A stretch of DNA of 64,000 nt, taken from positions 2,562-66,561 of the forward strand of contig CAUSKT010000002.1 in the NCBI GenBank assembly GCA_963532335.1. Direction: 5' to 3'. Made by a program: the position numbers and the translations under genes. The first letter of the stretch is position 1, and each line of letters starts with the position of its first letter. This document shows positions 60,572-64,000 of the stretch, piece by piece. The stretch comes from an uncultured Neisseria sp. GTDB taxonomy: Bacteria > Pseudomonadota > Gammaproteobacteria > Burkholderiales > Neisseriaceae. The notes below the pieces were generated by a model. That model was not told the origin of the DNA. It did not search any database and was given only the letters and a program-made list of their open reading frames with translations.

Positions 60572-60595
60572 AAAGTGGGCGCAGCGGGTTTCGCT
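60572..60595 (-). repeat. Single 24-bp-family unit (complement orientation) following a forward DUS
   Basis: AGGTCGTCTGAA(60562-60573) overlapping AAAGTGGGCGCAGCGGGTTTCGCT. Confidence 0.75.
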
Positions 60596-60677
60596 AAAAA
60601 CCATACAACGGATTCCACCCAAACGGACAATCCGTTTCAGACGACCTTTCAAATCATTGATACCGGCAAGGCAGGTG

Positions 60678-60995
60678 TTACGCCAGCCAGTTGTGCACCC
60701 ATTTGGGCAGGTGTTGGAGCAGTTGGAAATAGCCGACGCCCGCAATGGCGGCAAATACGCAGGAAGTCATAAAGTTACCGCTGAAGCGTCCGACGATATA
60801 AAACACTGCGCTGGCAAATGCCCACAATGCGCCGTTAAACACCATCCAATAGGTGTCGATCATCGGCATATCGAACGCGGAAAGCTGACGGACGAGAATG
60901 GCGATGATGGTAAATCCCAAACCTTCGCTGACGGCGCGCACGTTGCGGCCGGACGACCAGATAATCCAAAAGCCCAAAATAAATGCTTCAAACAT
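60678..60995 (-). CDS. Small hypothetical membrane protein embedded between hisA and hisF
   Basis: 105 aa with three or four hydrophobic helices. No family recognised. Confidence 0.55.
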   Translation of the reverse strand: MFEAFILGFWIIWSSGRNVRAVSEGLGFTIIAILVRQLSAFDMPMIDTYWMVFNGALWAFASAVFYIVGRFSGNFMTSCVFAAIAGVGYFQLLQHLPKWVHNWLA

Positions 60996-61272
60996 GAAAT
61001 ACCCCTTGAAAAGTAAATAAAACTAGTGAGTGTGGGATGGTGAGTCCCAAACAATATTCGGCGGTCAGCCGCCTTTTATTGTGAAGAAAAATGGACGAAC
61101 CCGTCTTTTGTCCTGCCTGTGAAGACAGGACAACAATGAAAGCAAACAGGTTCAACCGAGTATTGTGTATCTTCGCCCCGCTATATTGTTTGAAAACAGC
61201 GGGACAAGTGAGTAAGAAAACGTTTGGTCATTTCAGACGACCTGGATGGTTGTTTTTAAATAAGGTCGTCTG

Positions 61273-61369
61273 AAAACGAGCGTAGCGAGTTTCGCTAAAA
61301 CGAACGCAGTGAGTTTCGCTAATAATGAGTGCAACGAATTTCGCCAAAACGAGTGTGGCGGGTTCCGCC
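61273..61369 (-). repeat. Four 24/25-bp-family units (complement orientation) following a forward DUS
   Basis: AGGTCGTCTGAA(61263-61274) overlapping AAAACGAGCGTAGCGAGTTTCGCT AAAACGAACGCAGTGAGTTTCGCT AATAATGAGTGCAACGAATTTCGCC AAAACGAGTGTGGCGGGTTCCGCC. Ends 8 nt before the hisA stop. Confidence 0.9.
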
Positions 61370-61377
61370 AATACAAA

Positions 61378-62115
61378 TTATGCCAGCGAATCCGCCAACT
61401 GCTGCGCTTGGGCAAAATCAATACTACCCTCGTAAATCGCACGACCGGTAATCGCACCCGCCACGCCGTGTTTCTCAACGGCACACAAAGCGCGGATGTC
61501 GTCCAAATTGGTCAACCCGCCCGATGCGATAACCGGAATGGCGACGGCTTGCGCCAATTTGACGGTTGCGTCGATGTTCACGCCGCTCATCATACCGTCG
61601 CGGCCGATGTCGGTGTAAATAATGCTGTTGACGCCGTCGTCTTCAAAACGTTTCGCCAAATCAATCACATGATGCTCGGTTACGGTCGCCCAGCCGTCTA
61701 TCGCCACCATACCGTCTTTGGCATCCAACCCGACGATAATCTGCCCGGGAAACGTTTTGCACGCTTCGCGCACGAAGTCGGGATTTTTTACCGCCGCCGT
61801 ACCGATAATGACGTCGTTCAATCCCAAATCCAAATATTTTTCAATGGTTTCCAAGTCGCGTATCCCGCCGCCTAGCTGTACGGGAATGTTTTTGGCAACG
61901 GCAGCGAGGATGTCCTTGATGGCGGGAAAATTTTGCGGAACGCCGGCAAATGCACCGTTTAAGTCCACCAAATGCAAACGGCGCGCGCCTTGTTTGAACC
62001 AATGCAGCGCAGTTTCGGCGGGCGAATCGGAAAACACCGTCGCCTGCTCCATCAAACCTTGTTTCAGGCGCACGCAGCGGCCTTCTTTTAAATCGATTGC
62101 GGGAATCAGCAGCAT
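61378..62115 (-). CDS. hisA: 1-(5-phosphoribosyl)-5-[(5-phosphoribosylamino)methylideneamino]imidazole-4-carboxamide isomerase
   Basis: 245 aa. [20 protein letters not shown]. Confidence 0.95.
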   Translation of the reverse strand: MLLIPAIDLKEGRCVRLKQGLMEQATVFSDSPAETALHWFKQGARRLHLVDLNGAFAGVPQNFPAIKDILAAVAKNIPVQLGGGIRDLETIEKYLDLGLNDVIIGTAAVKNPDFVREACKTFPGQIIVGLDAKDGMVAIDGWATVTEHHVIDLAKRFEDDGVNSIIYTDIGRDGMMSGVNIDATVKLAQAVAIPVIASGGLTNLDDIRALCAVEKHGVAGAITGRAIYEGSIDFAQAQQLADSLA

Positions 62116-62312
62116 GGGGGTCCTATCCTTATGCGGAGTGTATTTTACACAAATTATCGAGTTTTAGCATATTTAAATGAAAAAACGTCATTGATAACAC
62201 TAAAACGGGGCTATTTTGTGTGTATTTTGCATGTTTCAGACGACCTCTTCCGAGCGAAATTCAGAAGGTGAAAAGGGCGGGATGCTATTTCGTCTGTTTC
62301 AGCCCTTCATTT

Positions 62313-62672
62313 TTATTGCCTGAAATTGCTTGCCAACAGCCATTCTTGAGCCTTAGTGGCGTCGTCAAAATATTTCGGATGTTGGTTGGTCAACAGGCTG
62401 GAGAGGCGGGCGCCGAGTTTGATCCAAATGTCGTCTGTAATGACGGCGACGCGGCCGAAGTCGTTTTCATGTTGATTGAGGAATTTGATTTGCTCCATCG
62501 CCATATCGATTGTGAAATCTTTCAGCATGGACAAATCCAAAAGGATGTCGGGCAAGTGGATTTTTTGTTTGCTTTCCAATAAGGCAGCTTCAAGCTGGCG
62601 GAAATCGTCCAGTGTAAATTCGTTGTACAGCGCCACATTCAAACCGTAAGACTGCTCGCGGATGGAAATCAT
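62313..62672 (-). CDS. STAS/SpoIIAA-like (DUF3478-like) protein
   Basis: 119 aa. The pattern ...FGRVAVITDDIWIKLGARL...KYFDDATKAQEWL is typical of this small family. Not verified. Confidence 0.5.
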   Translation of the reverse strand: MISIREQSYGLNVALYNEFTLDDFRQLEAALLESKQKIHLPDILLDLSMLKDFTIDMAMEQIKFLNQHENDFGRVAVITDDIWIKLGARLSSLLTNQHPKYFDDATKAQEWLLASNFRQ

Positions 62673-62714
62673 CGTACTCTCCTTTTTATATGATGTTAAT
62701 GATGAGGTTGATGG

Positions 62715-63611
62715 TCAGCTTGTTTTGGTAAGCCACTTTTTAATCGAAACCGGCCGGATGCTGCTTAATATGCCGCTTGTGACAATAATAATCATACCAA
62801 AGGTTTCCTGCCAAGTGACGGTATCGCCCAAAAATATCATGCCCGATAGGGCGGAAAAGACGACGGTCAGATAAGAAAGAGAGGCGACGGTGAATTTGTT
62901 GCCGACTTTATAGGCGCGGGTCATGGAAAGTTGGGCAAGCATGGCGGCAAGTCCGATGCAGAAAAGATAGGGCAGGGCGGATAGGGAAATGCTGTGCCAA
63001 CCGGTCAAAGTTGCCCAAACCGATGCCATGATGACGCCGGTTATCGAAAAATAAAACACTACCCGCCAACCCGGCTCGCCGAGCAATGATAGTTCGCGCA
63101 CCTGCAAATACGCCCAACCTGACATGGCTCCGCCCGCCAAGCCTGCCAATGCGGCGATTTCCTGTCCGCCTTTGAACGAAGGGTTCAGCAGCAGGACGAC
63201 ACCGAAAAAGCCAAATAACAAAACTGCCTGCGTATAAAACGCGATCCGCTCTTTCAGGATAAAAAATGAAAATACCGCCAGAAAAATCGAAGAGGTGTAG
63301 CTTAAGGTTACCCCCGTTGCCAGCGGCAGGTGCATGACGGCATAAAACAGGCAAAACATGGCGGCTGTGCCGACAACGCTGCGGTTGAGGTGGGTTTTCC
63401 AATGCGGCGTAGCAAAGGTGTCGCCGCGTGCTTTTGCCATTATGCCTAATACGACGGCAGCAAAACTCATGCGCCAAAATACCAGTTCGCCACTGTTGAA
63501 ACCGAATTTTGCCGCCGCGGCTTTGATACACACGTTCATGACAGTAAAGCCGAGTGCGGCAATAATCATCCATGCAGAACCGAGAGGGTCTTTGGGTATG
63601 GGTGTAGTCAT
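62715..63611 (-). CDS. DMT-superfamily (EamA-like) transporter
   Basis: 298 aa, about 10 TM helices, two EamA-like halves. Confidence 0.75.
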   Translation of the reverse strand: MTTPIPKDPLGSAWMIIAALGFTVMNVCIKAAAAKFGFNSGELVFWRMSFAAVVLGIMAKARGDTFATPHWKTHLNRSVVGTAAMFCLFYAVMHLPLATGVTLSYTSSIFLAVFSFFILKERIAFYTQAVLLFGFFGVVLLLNPSFKGGQEIAALAGLAGGAMSGWAYLQVRELSLLGEPGWRVVFYFSITGVIMASVWATLTGWHSISLSALPYLFCIGLAAMLAQLSMTRAYKVGNKFTVASLSYLTVVFSALSGMIFLGDTVTWQETFGMIIIVTSGILSSIRPVSIKKWLTKTS

Positions 63612-63767
63612 TTATCAAACTTCCAAAGAAGAAAGAGGTGTGTGGTTATAAATGGGGTCGTCTGAAAAGATTTCAGACGACCTATTGTCAAAAAGGCTCA
63701 ATAAATAAACCTATGTTTTATGATATAATGATAATTTTTCTCATTCATAAACTTGGAAATTATTTTT

Positions 63768-64000
63768 ATGGAAACTTCGCAACCTACGCAACATATTGCT
63801 GTACCTAATAGCCCCGTTAATCAACCCAAACGTTTGCGTGCAAGTGAAGGGGTAAATTGGTTTGCCGAATCATGGCGTATTTTTAATAAATACAAATTAA
63901 AATGGATAGGGGCAATGGTTTTGTTCTTCCTTATCCCGATTGCTTTGGGTTTGTTGTCCAGCTATGCAGCAGAAGGCAGCCAGCCTATGACCTTCAATCA
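63768..64000 (+). CDS. Hypothetical integral membrane protein, 5' part (paralog of 20114..20869); runs off the window
   Basis: My translation is METSQPTQHIAVPNSPVNQPKRLRASEGVNWFAESWRIFNKYKLKWIGAMVLFF..., sharing the PKRL.AS.G..W....IF...KWIG motif with the 20114 gene. Confidence 0.6.
   Translation, partial: METSQPTQHIAVPNSPVNQPKRLRASEGVNWFAESWRIFNKYKLKWIGAMVLFFLIPIALGLLSSYAAEGSQPMTFN

Overview
This is a chromosomal segment from a Neisseria species. DNA uptake sequences (DUS) occur by the dozen, mostly as inverted pairs after genes. The dominant form is AGGTCGTCTGAA, which from memory is the variant reported for the N. mucosa/N. sicca group rather than the meningococcal GCCGTCTGAA. There are also four Correia elements and one dRS3/NIME-type repeat.

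Gene content is mainly conserved housekeeping. In order: dacB(PBP3, partial), gloA, two tandem GST genes, pqiABC, hemO-hmbR, an OlsB/OlsA-like acyltransferase pair, thiD, an OsmC-family gene, GntR-family and DeoR-family regulators, glnS, trpB, bioA-bioD, ubiC-ubiA, ptsN-hprK-rapZ, rbgA, scpB, recN, gshB, dgkA, a PCuAC copper chaperone, xseA, hldD-hldA, pyrF, adk, kdsB-trm112-lpxK, apbE, prfA, an Nramp-like transporter, glnB, a nitroreductase, tatABC, a HIT-family gene and hisE-I-F-A. I found no rRNA, tRNA, CRISPR array, transposase, integrase or recognisable toxin or defence gene.

Small AT-rich islets of hypothetical genes interrupt the core:
- two tandem membrane-protein paralogs
- two secreted DUF4189-like paralogs
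- two DUF2059 paralogs
- several orphan lipoproteins and membrane proteins

I do not see a convincing multi-gene novel system. The strongest leads are:
1. A 24-bp tandem-repeat family that I do not recognise. It is always fused in fixed orientation to a DUS, occurs at nine intergenic loci, and fills every spacer of the HIT-his cluster.
2. A decayed duplicate of the prfA 5' end that keeps a promoter and Shine-Dalgarno sequence. It is translationally coupled to an inserted lipoprotein gene, and the intact prfA lies behind a DUS hairpin.
3. An Nramp-superfamily transporter lacking the canonical metal-binding residues.
4. An OlsB/OlsA-like aminolipid gene pair.

All protein calls come from reading the supplied translations against remembered family signatures. 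No database search was run.
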